Source: Escherichia phage JoYop
DNA length: 64,000 nt
Sequence record: OR769032.1
Strand: one strand, 5' to 3'
The translations under genes were made by a program, and so were the position numbers. The notes below the pieces were generated by a model. The model searched no databases. It was not told the origin of the DNA and saw only the letters and a list, made by a program, of their open reading frames with translations. Shown here piece after piece: positions 9,899 through 19,870 of this stretch (positions are counted from its first letter, which is position 1; the number at the start of each line of letters is the position of its first letter).

Positions 9899-10288
9899 TT
9901 AACGATTAAAATCAGAAGCAATTGTTTCTGCAACAATTTGAGCAGCAACAATTAGACGTTCATCTGCATTACCGCAATAATCATCTTCAAGGCGTTCACC
10001 ACATGAAGTCATAATAAATTTAGCACCAGCATTTAGGGATTCTGCAGTATGTTTACGCATTAGTTCAATCCATTTATCACTTACTTCACGATCGATAGCT
10101 TCATAATACGCATGACGAGCTGGAGCAGATTTAATTTTATCCTGAATAATTTCCATTGCGTTTTCAGAAAGAGACAAAACCCATGCTCGACGAATTTTAT
10201 TTTGGTTTTGCGGATTTGAGTCAGAACGCACGTGTTTTGGCTGAATATCTTTTACATCAACGTTATAATTCACAGTAATTTTAGTCAT
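9899..10288 (-). CDS. rpbA: RNA polymerase binding protein RpbA
   Basis: 129 aa directly downstream of gene 45 as in T4. Confidence 0.75.
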   Translation of the reverse strand: MTKITVNYNVDVKDIQPKHVRSDSNPQNQNKIRRAWVLSLSENAMEIIQDKIKSAPARHAYYEAIDREVSDKWIELMRKHTAESLNAGAKFIMTSCGERLEDDYCGNADERLIVAAQIVAETIASDFNR

Positions 10289-10297
10289 AATACACCT

Positions 10298-10486
10298 TTA
10301 GTCATAATAATCAGTAACAGTCCAAGCTTCATTTCTGTTGGACATTATTTTTGTATATTCTGATTTAAATGCATTCTTAAGCATAGATTCAGTAACTATA
10401 TGCTCTTCATTAGAAAAATTATTTCTCAGAATATATCGTTTTATTTCAGGAAAAGTTAATAAATGCTGTCCAGTTGAATATTCCAT
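10298..10486 (-). CDS. hypothetical protein (T4 45.2 position)
   Basis: 62-aa ORF between gene 46 and rpbA. Confidence 0.5.
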   Translation of the reverse strand: MEYSTGQHLLTFPEIKRYILRNNFSNEEHIVTESMLKNAFKSEYTKIMSNRNEAWTVTDYYD

Positions 10487-10541
10487 GTTTTTCCTCCATA
10501 GAGATTATACTCTAATAAATTAAAGCATAATCTCTTGTAAA

Positions 10542-12224
10542 TTAAGCCATTACAGTAAATCGACCAACTTTCTTCATTTGAAGATGCTGACCATATTCTT
10601 GTGGGTCATGGTCTTTATGCGAAATTATAAAAACATTAGTATTTTTCATTGAATTTATAATATTCGCTACACCTTTAATACCTTCGGCATCAAATGACCC
10701 ATCAAACACTTCATCGAGTATTAATGTACTAATACTAACACCAGATACAATAGAAGCAATATCACGCCAAGTAAATAAAAGAGCAATATCAATTCTTGCC
10801 TTTTCACCTTCACTAAATGAAGCATAACTAAAATCTTCACGACCGCGGGATTTAATTGTCTCATTAAATTCTTCATCTAATGTAAACACATAATCCGCTT
10901 CCATTATTTTAAGATAATGGTTAATCTGCTTATTGAATAATGGAATGTACTTTTTAATAATAGCACCTTTAATACCAGAATCTTTGAGCATATCAGTCAA
11001 AATTCCTCGGTGGTATTTTTCCATTACTAAATTAGTTTTTGTCTTAACAATTTTATCAAGTTCTTCTTGAAGCAGTGCTATTTCATCAGCATGGTCAATA
11101 AACTCAGAAGATGCTTTTTCTATAGCCGCTTTAACCTTTTTAGCTTTATCTACCGTCGTGATTAAAGATTGCTTTTTATTGCGAATATCATTTGCCAACG
11201 ACTGCTGGGTTTTAATATTATCTCGATATTCATCAACAAGAACTTTTAAATTATCACGATGTGTTGAAAGCTGTTCAAACGAATGCGTGCATTCAGAAAC
11301 TTTATCTTTAATTTTAGAAACAACTTTGTCACCGGAACTTAATTGTGACAAACAGGTTGGACATAATCCACCTTCGTGATACATATTAATGACTTTATTA
11401 TACGAGTCAATTTTTGATTTAATTAAAAATGCTTCTTGACCGATTTTATTAAATGCATCAGTCGGGTCTTCATCTAAAACAATATTAACTAATCTTTCAT
11501 TAGCTTCTTCAATTTCTGATTTTAGCGTTCTAGCTTCTTTTGCTAAATCATCATACATATTCTGCAGACGAGTAAGGTTGTCACCAGTTAATTTTTTCTG
11601 GCGTTCAACGTTATCATTATATATTTTAATTTGTTGGATAATACTATCTTTTTTAACGTCAAGCACTTGGTTTTGTGAATTTAATTCACGTATTAGTGCT
11701 TTATTAAGCTTATCCATTTCAGCTAATGTTCCTACCTCGAGCAGGTCTTCCACAAGCTTTCTTCGCGCAGGGGTCGACAAACCCATGAAAGGGGTATACC
11801 CTGCTGTACCAAGGACAACAATCTGCTTGAAACTGGCATATGACATTCCGATAAGCTGTTCAAATTCTGCTTGGAAATCTTTACTGCTGGCAGATTCATT
11901 AAGACGTGTACCGTTAACGGTGATTTCGAAAACGTTTGGTTTTTGTCCTCTTTTGATATAGTACTTTTTCTCATCATATTCCATCCACAGTTCAACTAAA
12001 AGTTCTTTCTTATTTGTGCTGTTTATTAATTGGCCTTTCTTTACATCGCGAAATGGCTTGCCAAAAAGCCCAAATGTGATGGCTTCTAACATAGTAGACT
12101 TACCACCGCCATTTCGTCCAGTAATAAGAGTTTTTTGAACCTTATCTAATTGAATGTCAATAGGATTTTGTCCAACTGACATTATATTTTTATATTTTAC
12201 TCTGTTAAGTTTAAAATTCTTCAC
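10542..12224 (-). CDS. 46: recombination nuclease subunit, SbcC/Rad50-like ATPase
   Basis: 560 aa; Walker A GRNGGGKST, coiled-coil middle, CPTC zinc hook; matches T4 gp46. Confidence 0.95.
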   Translation of the reverse strand: MKNFKLNRVKYKNIMSVGQNPIDIQLDKVQKTLITGRNGGGKSTMLEAITFGLFGKPFRDVKKGQLINSTNKKELLVELWMEYDEKKYYIKRGQKPNVFEITVNGTRLNESASSKDFQAEFEQLIGMSYASFKQIVVLGTAGYTPFMGLSTPARRKLVEDLLEVGTLAEMDKLNKALIRELNSQNQVLDVKKDSIIQQIKIYNDNVERQKKLTGDNLTRLQNMYDDLAKEARTLKSEIEEANERLVNIVLDEDPTDAFNKIGQEAFLIKSKIDSYNKVINMYHEGGLCPTCLSQLSSGDKVVSKIKDKVSECTHSFEQLSTHRDNLKVLVDEYRDNIKTQQSLANDIRNKKQSLITTVDKAKKVKAAIEKASSEFIDHADEIALLQEELDKIVKTKTNLVMEKYHRGILTDMLKDSGIKGAIIKKYIPLFNKQINHYLKIMEADYVFTLDEEFNETIKSRGREDFSYASFSEGEKARIDIALLFTWRDIASIVSGVSISTLILDEVFDGSFDAEGIKGVANIINSMKNTNVFIISHKDHDPQEYGQHLQMKKVGRFTVMA

Positions 12225-12436
12225 AAAAGATTCCTTTTAATGTATCTTTTAGACCATTCTATCATATCATCATAATCTAAAAAGTATTCATCAAATTCAG
12301 CCATACAAACAACGCCTTGTGCTGCTTTTGATGTGATATAAATTATTCCAACATATCTAGAATCTTCTTCGGTGTAATCAATATTTGCTATGAATTCATC
12401 ATTAATGTCAAATGTCGAAAACTTCACAGTATGCAT
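12221..12436 (-). CDS. hypothetical protein (46.1 position)
   Basis: ORF with internal ATG at 12434-12436; overlaps gene 46 start. Confidence 0.4.
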   Translation of the reverse strand: MHTVKFSTFDINDEFIANIDYTEEDSRYVGIIYITSKAAQGVVCMAEFDEYFLDYDDMIEWSKRYIKRNLL

Positions 12437-12671
12437 CCTTAATACAAGATACAGCCATATCTTGTAATGATTTAGGTGTATCATTATCTAAAATGTTGAA
12501 GTTAAAAGATACAGCCCAGTCAGTGCAGACTGTAACCTTTTTAATACAATTATCTTCAACCTCTAGCGGTTCAAACCAGTATTCAATAATATCTTTATGA
12601 CCAATATCATCTTTTACTTCGCATTCAAAATGCTGACTCATCATAACATTTTTAAATTCATCAAAAGTCAT
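12408..12671 (-). CDS. hypothetical protein (46.2 position)
   Basis: 87-aa ORF; start overlaps gene 47 stop. Confidence 0.45.
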   Translation of the reverse strand: MTFDEFKNVMMSQHFECEVKDDIGHKDIIEYWFEPLEVEDNCIKKVTVCTDWAVSFNFNILDNDTPKSLQDMAVSCIKDAYCEVFDI

Positions 12672-13687
12672 TGTGTTGCCTCTACATATAACTGATTTGC
12701 ATATTGAATAAGTGCTTCACGGTCAGAATCAGTGATGTCTGGAATTGCATTAATATACTCTTCCATCAACGTCTGAAGCGATTGAACTTCAACTTCTTCA
12801 CTATCATCTGACTCGACAGAGTTATCAATCTTTGACACAACTCGTAATGAATGCACAACTTTTTCTAGCTCAGATTCGAACTTCGTCAGATTTTTGTCTA
12901 CCTCAGTTACTATAACACGTACTGATAGATTTGTAAAATCTTTATAATCAATTTTTCCCTTAAATGGATATTGAATTCGACGATGCCAAGTAGTATTGTT
13001 TGGAATAAATTCCATTCGTTCTGTTTCTGTGTCAAACATCCAGAACCCACGAGGGTCATTCTCGTCACCTGCAGTTAGTGTCCATGGTGTCCCAATATAT
13101 TTGACGTTTGCAGCCTCAGAAATAGTATGGAAGTGACCAGACCACACTTCTTTATAAGTCTTAAGGAAATCAGGTTCAAGACCGTGAGATTTCATTCCTT
13201 TATAAAAATAAAATCCATTCAGTTCCCAGTGACCGACACAAAAAGAAGCAGATGAAGTTTTGATATGCTCAAGAATTTCACCAGTATTTTCTTCGCACAT
13301 CCAAGGAATCAAATCAATCAAACATCCGTCAAAATCTACTGTAGTAGGCTTATCATATACTTTAACATTAGGATATTTAGCCAAAAGCTCAGTAGAGGCA
13401 TTTGGAGTTAAAGTATTTTTGAAGTGCATATCATGGTTTCCTACAATAGTATGTAGGGTAATACCAGCATCATCAAGCATTTGAACTATTTCACGAGCGA
13501 ACTCCATAGTTTTATGCGTGATTGCTTTTCGCACATCAAAAATATCGCCGTATTGAATCCAGGTAGTAATTCCATTTTTCTTAGAATATTCTATAGCTTG
13601 CTTAATTCCATCCAGCTGAATGGATTGAACCCACTCATCATCGGCTTTAACGCCTAAATGCCAATCACCTAAATTTAAAATTTTCAT
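12668..13687 (-). CDS. 47: recombination nuclease subunit, SbcD/Mre11-like phosphoesterase
   Basis: 339 aa; calcineurin-like motifs (GDWHLG, GNHD); matches T4 gp47. Confidence 0.95.
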   Translation of the reverse strand: MKILNLGDWHLGVKADDEWVQSIQLDGIKQAIEYSKKNGITTWIQYGDIFDVRKAITHKTMEFAREIVQMLDDAGITLHTIVGNHDMHFKNTLTPNASTELLAKYPNVKVYDKPTTVDFDGCLIDLIPWMCEENTGEILEHIKTSSASFCVGHWELNGFYFYKGMKSHGLEPDFLKTYKEVWSGHFHTISEAANVKYIGTPWTLTAGDENDPRGFWMFDTETERMEFIPNNTTWHRRIQYPFKGKIDYKDFTNLSVRVIVTEVDKNLTKFESELEKVVHSLRVVSKIDNSVESDDSEEVEVQSLQTLMEEYINAIPDITDSDREALIQYANQLYVEATQ

Positions 13688-13824
13688 ATATCAAGAACCG
13701 TCATTGAAATGCAAAATAAAATTATTGAAATAAATCCATCTGGAGTGTTAAAAAACCCAATCCAACATGCTCTAGCGAATAGATAAAATGCAAGAAAAAG
13801 TATCACATATCCAAGAAATATCAT
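13684..13824 (-). CDS. small hydrophobic peptide
   Basis: 46 aa MIFLGYVILFLAFYLF...; stop overlaps gene 47 start (ATGA); hand-translated, not in ORF track. Confidence 0.35.
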   Translation of the reverse strand: MIFLGYVILFLAFYLFARACWIGFFNTPDGFISIILFCISMTVLDI

Positions 13825-13847
13825 TATATCAAACTCCGTATAAAGCT

Positions 13848-13865
13848 AAAGGGCCGAAGCCCTTT
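13848..13865 (-). terminator. UUCG-tetraloop hairpin downstream of alpha-gt
   Basis: aaagggc-cgaa-gcccttt. Confidence 0.45.
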
Positions 13866-15066
13866 ATTTTGTAATAATGTCAAACTGTTCTTTAAAACAG
13901 AAGCTTGAATCTTGGTGCTGATACAAAAATTCATAAGCTTTTTCACGTTCACGATCATAAAGAGCTCGGTCAGATGACAGTTCTTTAATTCGTTCAAATG
14001 TTGATTCCATGTCATTTTCATCAAACCAAACGATACCGCTATCATGCGAAATTAACGGAGTATTATCAACACGGAATTTTAAATTTTCGCCAGTAGATTT
14101 CCAAAATACCGGAATTGTTCCGCACGCACCAAGCTCGAGATGAGTATATTCTAAAGAACGTTGTAGATATTTTTTGTCCAACTTACTCAGCTGATAACCA
14201 AATCCGGATTTACTCATGCGTTCAAGCATTTCGCTATTTACATAACGGTCAAGAATTTGCGTTGGCAAATTAGGAGCAATTTTAATTTGGTCTACTTGAT
14301 GAAGACGATAATACTCGTATGGAATTCCTTTTTCTTTAATAGGAATGAATGCCGGAGAACGTTCCAGACCTTCCATAATAGTACTTAGTCCTGCAGGTTT
14401 AAGATGTTTTTCGTGAAAATCAAACATCTGATAAAAACCTTTCCACGTAGTTGTACGACCAATCCAACGGTTGATATTCATGTTAATTTCAGAAACATCT
14501 TTCCAGTAAGTTGATCGAACCTTCGCAATATCCATAGGAGGCTGAAAGTTATATACGGTCGGTGCTTCTTCAATATCATCAAACAAAGAAACTGTTTCTG
14601 GATACCATTCTTTCATCAAAACTTTATTAAAGTCACCATTATCAGAATGACTAAAAATAACATCAGCTCGACGAACAGTTTCTTCTAATCCCAAATTTCG
14701 GCGTAAAGAAAGAGAAGAATGGTCATGTTGATAAACTACAACACGAACAGAAGGTTTAATGTTATCAATAATTTTTTTATAGTTATTAATTGTGTCTTCT
14801 TCAACTGAAGTAGCAGGAACTGAATTGATAACTAGAATATCACAATCATTTACCAGCTTAAGTGTTTTATCGTATTCTTTTGCCAATAAAACTGGAATTG
14901 AAAATGACTTATAATCATGCGCGCAATTACGAGTAAATGATTTATCTTTAGCATAAACCAAAGTTACTTCATGACCATTTTTAATAAACCAATCACGCTG
15001 CTCAAGAGAAAATTTAGTTACGCCACAACCTTCAAGACCTCGAGCCATAAAAATGCATACTTTCAT
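13864..15066 (-). CDS. agt: DNA alpha-glucosyltransferase
   Basis: 400 aa; near-identical to T4 alpha-gt as recalled (M..CIFMARGLEGCGVTKFSLEQRDWFIKNGHEVTLVYAKDKSF). Confidence 0.95.
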   Translation of the reverse strand: MKVCIFMARGLEGCGVTKFSLEQRDWFIKNGHEVTLVYAKDKSFTRNCAHDYKSFSIPVLLAKEYDKTLKLVNDCDILVINSVPATSVEEDTINNYKKIIDNIKPSVRVVVYQHDHSSLSLRRNLGLEETVRRADVIFSHSDNGDFNKVLMKEWYPETVSLFDDIEEAPTVYNFQPPMDIAKVRSTYWKDVSEINMNINRWIGRTTTWKGFYQMFDFHEKHLKPAGLSTIMEGLERSPAFIPIKEKGIPYEYYRLHQVDQIKIAPNLPTQILDRYVNSEMLERMSKSGFGYQLSKLDKKYLQRSLEYTHLELGACGTIPVFWKSTGENLKFRVDNTPLISHDSGIVWFDENDMESTFERIKELSSDRALYDREREKAYEFLYQHQDSSFCFKEQFDIITK

Positions 15067-15117
15067 TTAATATCCTCATTGTTTTGGTTTATTTTACCAA
15101 AAATTTATAAAGCAATA

Positions 15118-15135
15118 TAGGAGCCGAAGCTCCTA
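15118..15135 (-). terminator. UUCG-type hairpin
   Basis: taggagc-cgaa-gctccta. Confidence 0.4.
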
Positions 15136-15306
15136 TCCGCATAATACGCCATACAGAGGCTCATTAGAACTTCTAAATTTTATACGCTTATATTTTATAG
15201 TTCCTTCTGCTTTAGCTTTATCATGAGACTCTTTAAAGCGTCTCATCATTTCTTCTTTAGAGGAACGAATTTTATTATAATCTATTTCAGAGGTCTGGGC
15301 GTTCAT
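15133..15306 (-). CDS. hypothetical small protein
   Basis: 57-aa minus ORF MNAQTSEIDYNKIRSSKEEMMRRF...; weak RBS. Confidence 0.3.
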   Translation of the reverse strand: MNAQTSEIDYNKIRSSKEEMMRRFKESHDKAKAEGTIKYKRIKFRSSNEPLYGVLCG

Positions 15307-15309
15307 CTT

Positions 15310-15516
15310 TCACAGTTGCCACCATTTTTTGACTTGATAAGAATCAACCCACACTTTCATATTAGGGTCTGCTCTTACAATAGGAGGATTAACTTCTTTA
15401 ATTGAACTATCATGGTATTCTTTTTCAGAAATTTTCACACAAAGATGACCATTCAAAGATTCAGTAAATCCTGCATTAATTTTAAGACGCTTGAATTTTA
15501 CGTGTGTAAGCATCAA
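15310..15516 (-). CDS. hypothetical protein
   Basis: 68-aa ORF in the alpha-gt to 55 interval. Confidence 0.45.
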   Translation of the reverse strand: MMLTHVKFKRLKINAGFTESLNGHLCVKISEKEYHDSSIKEVNPPIVRADPNMKVWVDSYQVKKWWQL

Positions 15517-15799
15517 TCATATCCTCAATCTGTGATCTAGTAGTCTTCCAAAGAATACTAATGAGTTCATCGTTATATGGCTGTTTAAGAATATCCCGAC
15601 TTTTCTTGATAGCATATTCGTACTGAGCAAAATTATTATTTTCAGCTGCAATCTGAGCGTGCTTGTAAAGACGGTTCAGTTCGCGTTTGTTTTTAGACAA
15701 TAACTTGTTTGCTTTTCTTTCTGCTTCAAGACGGTTCTTTTCTTCAATAGAAGAAATAAGCTTTTCCACTTCATCATTAATTTCGGGTTTATCAGTCAT
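15482..15799 (-). CDS. hypothetical protein
   Basis: 105-aa charged, helical ORF. Confidence 0.5.
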   Translation of the reverse strand: MTDKPEINDEVEKLISSIEEKNRLEAERKANKLLSKNKRELNRLYKHAQIAAENNNFAQYEYAIKKSRDILKQPYNDELISILWKTTRSQIEDMIDAYTRKIQAS

Positions 15800-15800
15800 A

Positions 15801-16019
15801 TTATTTCTCTAATATAAAATAAAAATCATCATCTGTTAAATGATACCGATAGTTTAATTCTACACCATTAGATTTAAAAGCGGTATCATACGGATTTTCT
15901 GGGTCAATATCAATGTCAAGAGCTAAAACTTCCCTGAGATACATTTTAAGTAAATAGGGAATAGCTTCAACTTCAGGTATTTCTTCCAAGAATCCGGAGA
16001 GGTTAATCGTTAGCCTCAT
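15801..16019 (-). CDS. hypothetical protein
   Basis: 72-aa ORF, stop adjacent to previous ORF start. Confidence 0.5.
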
Positions 16020-16560
16020 ATAAAAAATCCAAACTAGGAGAATCGTCTACAACACTTTTCTTTTCAGCCCCCGGTGTTCTATAGGTTGATTCTTCGTAAT
16101 GCGTCATTTTATCGTAGATATCTTGAATAAAAGTTTCATCTACTAACGCAACCATATCGTCGTCACGACTGTCATAGACATTGTGAACGAAGTAACTATA
16201 TTTCTTTGCAACTTCCTTACGCTCTTTTTTAATACGTTGGACGAATGCATTAAAACAAGCTTGAGTTATATATGCATGTGGGTTTTTATATTTCGTTTCA
16301 TCAAAATTATGAAGCCCCTTAATAGAAGCTTCTATACCATCTGCAATCATTTCTTGTTTCCAAGACTGGGTGTATCCTGAAAAGTTGAAACGTTTAGATA
16401 AGCCTTCTGCAATAAGCATAATGGCTAATCCGATAGTATCATTCTGACGAACTACTTTATTTGGGTCTTTATTATTTGCTAATTCTGTTTTCCAATCAAT
16501 AATAGCTTGTAAAAGCTCTTTATTGTTTACGTAATTATATTTAGGCTTAGTTTCTGACAT
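16003..16560 (-). CDS. 55: late-transcription sigma factor
   Basis: Start at [23 protein letters not shown] (185 aa); matches T4 gp55 as recalled. Confidence 0.93.
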
Positions 16561-16638
16561 TTTCACCTCTTAGCTCAATTCATAGATCTATTATATCATA
16601 ATATTTGAAGACCTATCTTAAAGCATAGAGGATATCAG

Positions 16639-16908
16639 TTATCTAAGTAAGCAGTATGCTTGGAACACTTTCTCCATCATCTTTTTAAATTCATGAATAT
16701 CTATATAATGACTAGTTAAATCAGCATGATATAAAAAGTCTAAAAACTTTTCATGTGTGCTAACATATTCACTTTCATTTAATTCAGAAACATGACTTTC
16801 CCAATATCCAACACCAGTCTTATTTGGGAAAAATGAAATTTTCATGTATTGGTCAACATAGAAAATTCCATAATTTTCAATAGTAATAGAAATATTAATT
16901 AATTTCAT
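16639..16908 (-). CDS. hypothetical protein (55.x)
   Basis: 89-aa ORF. Confidence 0.45.
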   Translation of the reverse strand: MKLINISITIENYGIFYVDQYMKISFFPNKTGVGYWESHVSELNESEYVSTHEKFLDFLYHADLTSHYIDIHEFKKMMEKVFQAYCLLR

Positions 16909-17120
16909 GCATTCATCAACTTAGCCGCTCCAAGAGCTGCATCTAGTGAATCAAATTGGTCAACATATTCAATCAATTCGCCGTAATTGGCGTATAACCA
17001 CCATTGATTGAATTCATACTCAAGGATGAATCCATTTCCTTCAATTTGAGTTAAACCAATGCCATTTGTATTTACTTCATATCCAGCAAGGCGTAAATCG
17101 TTAATAAGAGCTTCGTTCAT
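16905..17120 (-). CDS. hypothetical protein (55.x)
   Basis: 71-aa ORF, coupled to neighbours. Confidence 0.45.
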   Translation of the reverse strand: MNEALINDLRLAGYEVNTNGIGLTQIEGNGFILEYEFNQWWLYANYGELIEYVDQFDSLDAALGAAKLMNA

Positions 17121-17122
17121 AA

Positions 17123-17449
17123 TTATGCCTTAGTAATTTTCAGGTCTGCAAATTTTTTCTTGCGTTGATTTTTCATGCGACGAATAGTTTTATCAGAAAT
17201 TTCATGCTTTTGATAAGCTTTCGATTCTACACCAAAGGCTTTAACATCAAATTCTGACAAGATATATTGAACCAGCAATTCACGGACAGTATTGCGTCCA
17301 ATCTTCTGATCATTCTGTTTCATCGTCTGATGAAGCTCTTTTTCCCAGTTATCCAAAATTTGAGGAGTTACAATATCGCCTTTTTCTAGCAAAGAAACTA
17401 CTTTATCATATGCATAAGAATTAATGGCGTTTTTAATTTGAATAGTCAT
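17123..17449 (-). CDS. hypothetical protein (55.x)
   Basis: 108-aa ORF. Confidence 0.5.
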   Translation of the reverse strand: MTIQIKNAINSYAYDKVVSLLEKGDIVTPQILDNWEKELHQTMKQNDQKIGRNTVRELLVQYILSEFDVKAFGVESKAYQKHEISDKTIRRMKNQRKKKFADLKITKA

Positions 17450-17501
17450 ACATTATCCTCAATTGCGTTAAAATTTTATTATCCAAAAAGGGCCGAAGCC
17501 C

Positions 17502-17702
17502 TTAGCTAAACTGTTTGGCGCCCTTCCAGCCTTCGTACATCATTGCAGCTGATATTAATATTGCTCCTGCGCATTTTGAATATTTGTGATTCCAAAACCA
17601 GTTCAGAAAAACTTCGTCATCAATACCTTGGGCTATCATATTTTCAAAGAACTGACGACGAGCTTCGGCAATTCGTTGTGATAATTTAGATTCAGGATTC
17701 AT
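17502..17702 (-). CDS. hypothetical protein (55.x)
   Basis: 66-aa ORF following a UUCG hairpin at about 17488-17504. Confidence 0.45.
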   Translation of the reverse strand: MNPESKLSQRIAEARRQFFENMIAQGIDDEVFLNWFWNHKYSKCAGAILISAAMMYEGWKGAKQFS

Positions 17703-17841
17703 TTAAATTTTCCAGTTACCATTTTCATCAATAAATTTAATCCAGTCATTTACTGACCACTTAGTTGTATCACCTTTTGGAGTAACATTTAAAGTGTATA
17801 ACCCCTGCTTAAAAAGCATTCGTTTGATATTCATATTTTCC

Positions 17842-18135
17842 TCAGCTGTAACGATAACACTCGTTTGATTTACGTTTAGCAACTCGTTGAGAAGTATTAT
17901 AATCAAAATCATCATCAATGTAAATTGATTTTTTCAACTTTCTTACTTCACCACGTAATTGGCGATTTAGCTCATCTTTAACTTCTGAATCAATGCCTTT
18001 CATTCTACGCCATTTATCTGAGCGAAAAATGTTTTCAACCATATCTTTATGACTTACACCATCAGGAGCTTTACGCTTTCCGAAATAGTCATAATCACGA
18101 ACTTTCAAGTCTTTACGACGATACGTTTTACCCAT
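17842..18135 (-). CDS. hypothetical basic protein (55.x)
   Basis: ATG at 18133-18135 with RBS AGGAAA (MGKTYRRKDLK...); 97 aa. Confidence 0.5.
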   Translation of the reverse strand: MGKTYRRKDLKVRDYDYFGKRKAPDGVSHKDMVENIFRSDKWRRMKGIDSEVKDELNRQLRGEVRKLKKSIYIDDDFDYNTSQRVAKRKSNECYRYS

Positions 18136-18310
18136 GGAGTTTAATTTCCTTAGCAACTGAACTAAATACAGCACGGTCACAAATCATCTGTTTATTTAAC
18201 TTAAGTATAAGATAATAAACTTCAAAACCGTTTACATAAGTAACACGAACAACATTACCATTAATAAGATAATATTGTCCCTTTTTAATTTCTTTATCAA
18301 CCACAACCAT
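18128..18310 (-). CDS. hypothetical protein
   Basis: 60-aa ORF immediately downstream of an early promoter. Confidence 0.4.
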   Translation of the reverse strand: MVVVDKEIKKGQYYLINGNVVRVTYVNGFEVYYLILKLNKQMICDRAVFSSVAKEIKLHG

Positions 18311-18334
18311 ATCAATTCCTCAAAGGCAATTCAT

Positions 18335-18372
18335 ATGTTAATAATACCACGGTTTGAACTCGTTGTAAACAA
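18335..18372 (-). promoter_or_regulatory. T4-type early promoter
   Basis: GTTTAC at 18365-18370 on transcribed strand with ggtattatta -10 region. Confidence 0.45.
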
Positions 18373-18449
18373 CTTTGTGAAAATTTTTAGGGAATGATAA
18401 GAAGGGAACGATAGCTTAGAATGGTAATATACAGAATGTGAGAAAGAAA

Positions 18450-18463
18450 GGCCCAGAGGGCCC
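18450..18463 (-). terminator. hairpin downstream of nrdH
   Basis: ggccc-agag-gggcc followed by U-rich tract on the transcribed strand. Confidence 0.45.
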
Positions 18464-18466
18464 GTC

Positions 18467-18775
18467 TTAGTCTTCTATGATATCTCTATCATATCCAAGT
18501 GAAATGAGAGTTTCTTTGAAGTGTTTAATGTTCTTTTGTCTAGAATCATTAATGAAAATGACTGGATAACGAATGTTAAGAGATGTGAATCCAGCGCGTT
18601 TAGCAAGAGATACAATCAGCGGACGATCATACTCAATCTTACCGTTATTTGTAAGAACTTTATAGAAAGTAAAAGGAGCATTAAGCTCCTTTAGAAGTTT
18701 TGTAACTGATTGACATCCAGGACAACGACCTACTTCTTCAGGGATACCATAAATCTCAATTAAGTTTTGACCCAC
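18467..18775 (-). CDS. nrdH: glutaredoxin-like protein
   Basis: 102 aa; CPGC redox motif near the N-terminus; T4 nrdH position. Confidence 0.7.
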   Translation of the reverse strand: MGQNLIEIYGIPEEVGRCPGCQSVTKLLKELNAPFTFYKVLTNNGKIEYDRPLIVSLAKRAGFTSLNIRYPVIFINDSRQKNIKHFKETLISLGYDRDIIED

Positions 18776-19067
18776 AGGAAATTACCCCCTGATAGTTCCA
18801 GGTTTTTAGAACTTCTTCGCAAACAGCTTCTTCATCAACGGTTTCATAAGGAACATAAACCTGGATAAGGAATCCGGTATCGTCGAAGCTGAAATAAACT
18901 GTAGGCTTAATACCATGAATCTCAGACAATGCATAGATGTCTTTAAGGTCGTCTTCTTTACCCACAAAGAACTCTGGATTCAGGTCACAATCATGGAAAT
19001 ACCATTCATCACCGAACTTGTCCCATGCATTCCAGTTTGTTACAACATATTCTTCAAATCTAATCAT
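18756..19067 (-). CDS. hypothetical protein
   Basis: 103-aa ORF. Confidence 0.5.
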   Translation of the reverse strand: MIRFEEYVVTNWNAWDKFGDEWYFHDCDLNPEFFVGKEDDLKDIYALSEIHGIKPTVYFSFDDTGFLIQVYVPYETVDEEAVCEEVLKTWNYQGVISCGSKLN

Positions 19068-19069
19068 AA

Positions 19070-19309
19070 TTAAGCCTTTTTATCAAGAACAGAATTCAGC
19101 TTATTAGTAATTTTATCCAGACGCGCATTGAACTCGCTAGAAGACAGTCCTTTTTCTGGAGAAATCAAACTAATCACGAAAAATATAACAATAAAAGGAA
19201 TAAGGAAAATAGCTCCAACTGCCATAAACAGAAAGAATGTTACAGTTGTAAGAAAATCAGCTAAACCTTTACGAAATTTATACATATTTACCCTTAATTG
19301 ATTAACCAA
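19070..19309 (-). CDS. small membrane protein
   Basis: 79 aa with one long hydrophobic helix. Confidence 0.5.
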   Translation of the reverse strand: MVNQLRVNMYKFRKGLADFLTTVTFFLFMAVGAIFLIPFIVIFFVISLISPEKGLSSSEFNARLDKITNKLNSVLDKKA

Positions 19310-19399
19310 GCATTGATAAGCACTAAACTATATTGTGAATAAAATTCTGGACCAAAATGAAAAATCATATCATTTATAGTATCCATAATATAATTCAAT

Positions 19400-19870
19400 T
19401 TAATCATGTTTCCACACCCCATCGGTATTTGACCAAAGTCGCTGATTATCTGATCCTCGCCACAGCTTTTTGGTAGGAAGATTTTTCTCATACTTCCCAT
19501 CAATAATAACATCAACATATTTAAGCATTTCTAGTTGTTTAATATCTTCAAACTTATACCCTGTCCACAACCAAATGCTTTTATTGGGATAAAGATTTTT
19601 AATAGTTTGTACCACAGAGTGAATCACGTCTCTGTTATCAGGATAGAGAGGGTCTCCTCCAGTTATAGTTAATCCTTCTATATAATCATTATTCAAACAT
19701 TCAATTAATTGTTCTAGTGTTTCACCAGTGAATGGAATACCGTTTCTAGCATTCCATGTTGATTTATTATAACACCCTTCGCATTTATGCAAACATCCAG
19801 TAACAAAAAGAACGGTCCTGCACCCAGGACCATTAACAAAATCACAAGGATAAATTCTATCGTAATTCAT
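19400..19870 (-). CDS. nrdG: anaerobic ribonucleotide reductase activating protein (radical SAM)
   Basis: 156 aa; Cys cluster CLHKCEGC; directly downstream of nrdD. Confidence 0.9.
   Translation of the reverse strand: MNYDRIYPCDFVNGPGCRTVLFVTGCLHKCEGCYNKSTWNARNGIPFTGETLEQLIECLNNDYIEGLTITGGDPLYPDNRDVIHSVVQTIKNLYPNKSIWLWTGYKFEDIKQLEMLKYVDVIIDGKYEKNLPTKKLWRGSDNQRLWSNTDGVWKHD

Noticed and set aside
19294-19518. 74-aa minus ORF overlapping the 3' end of nrdG
   Set aside because: Out-of-frame overlap with a well-supported gene and no independent start signals.
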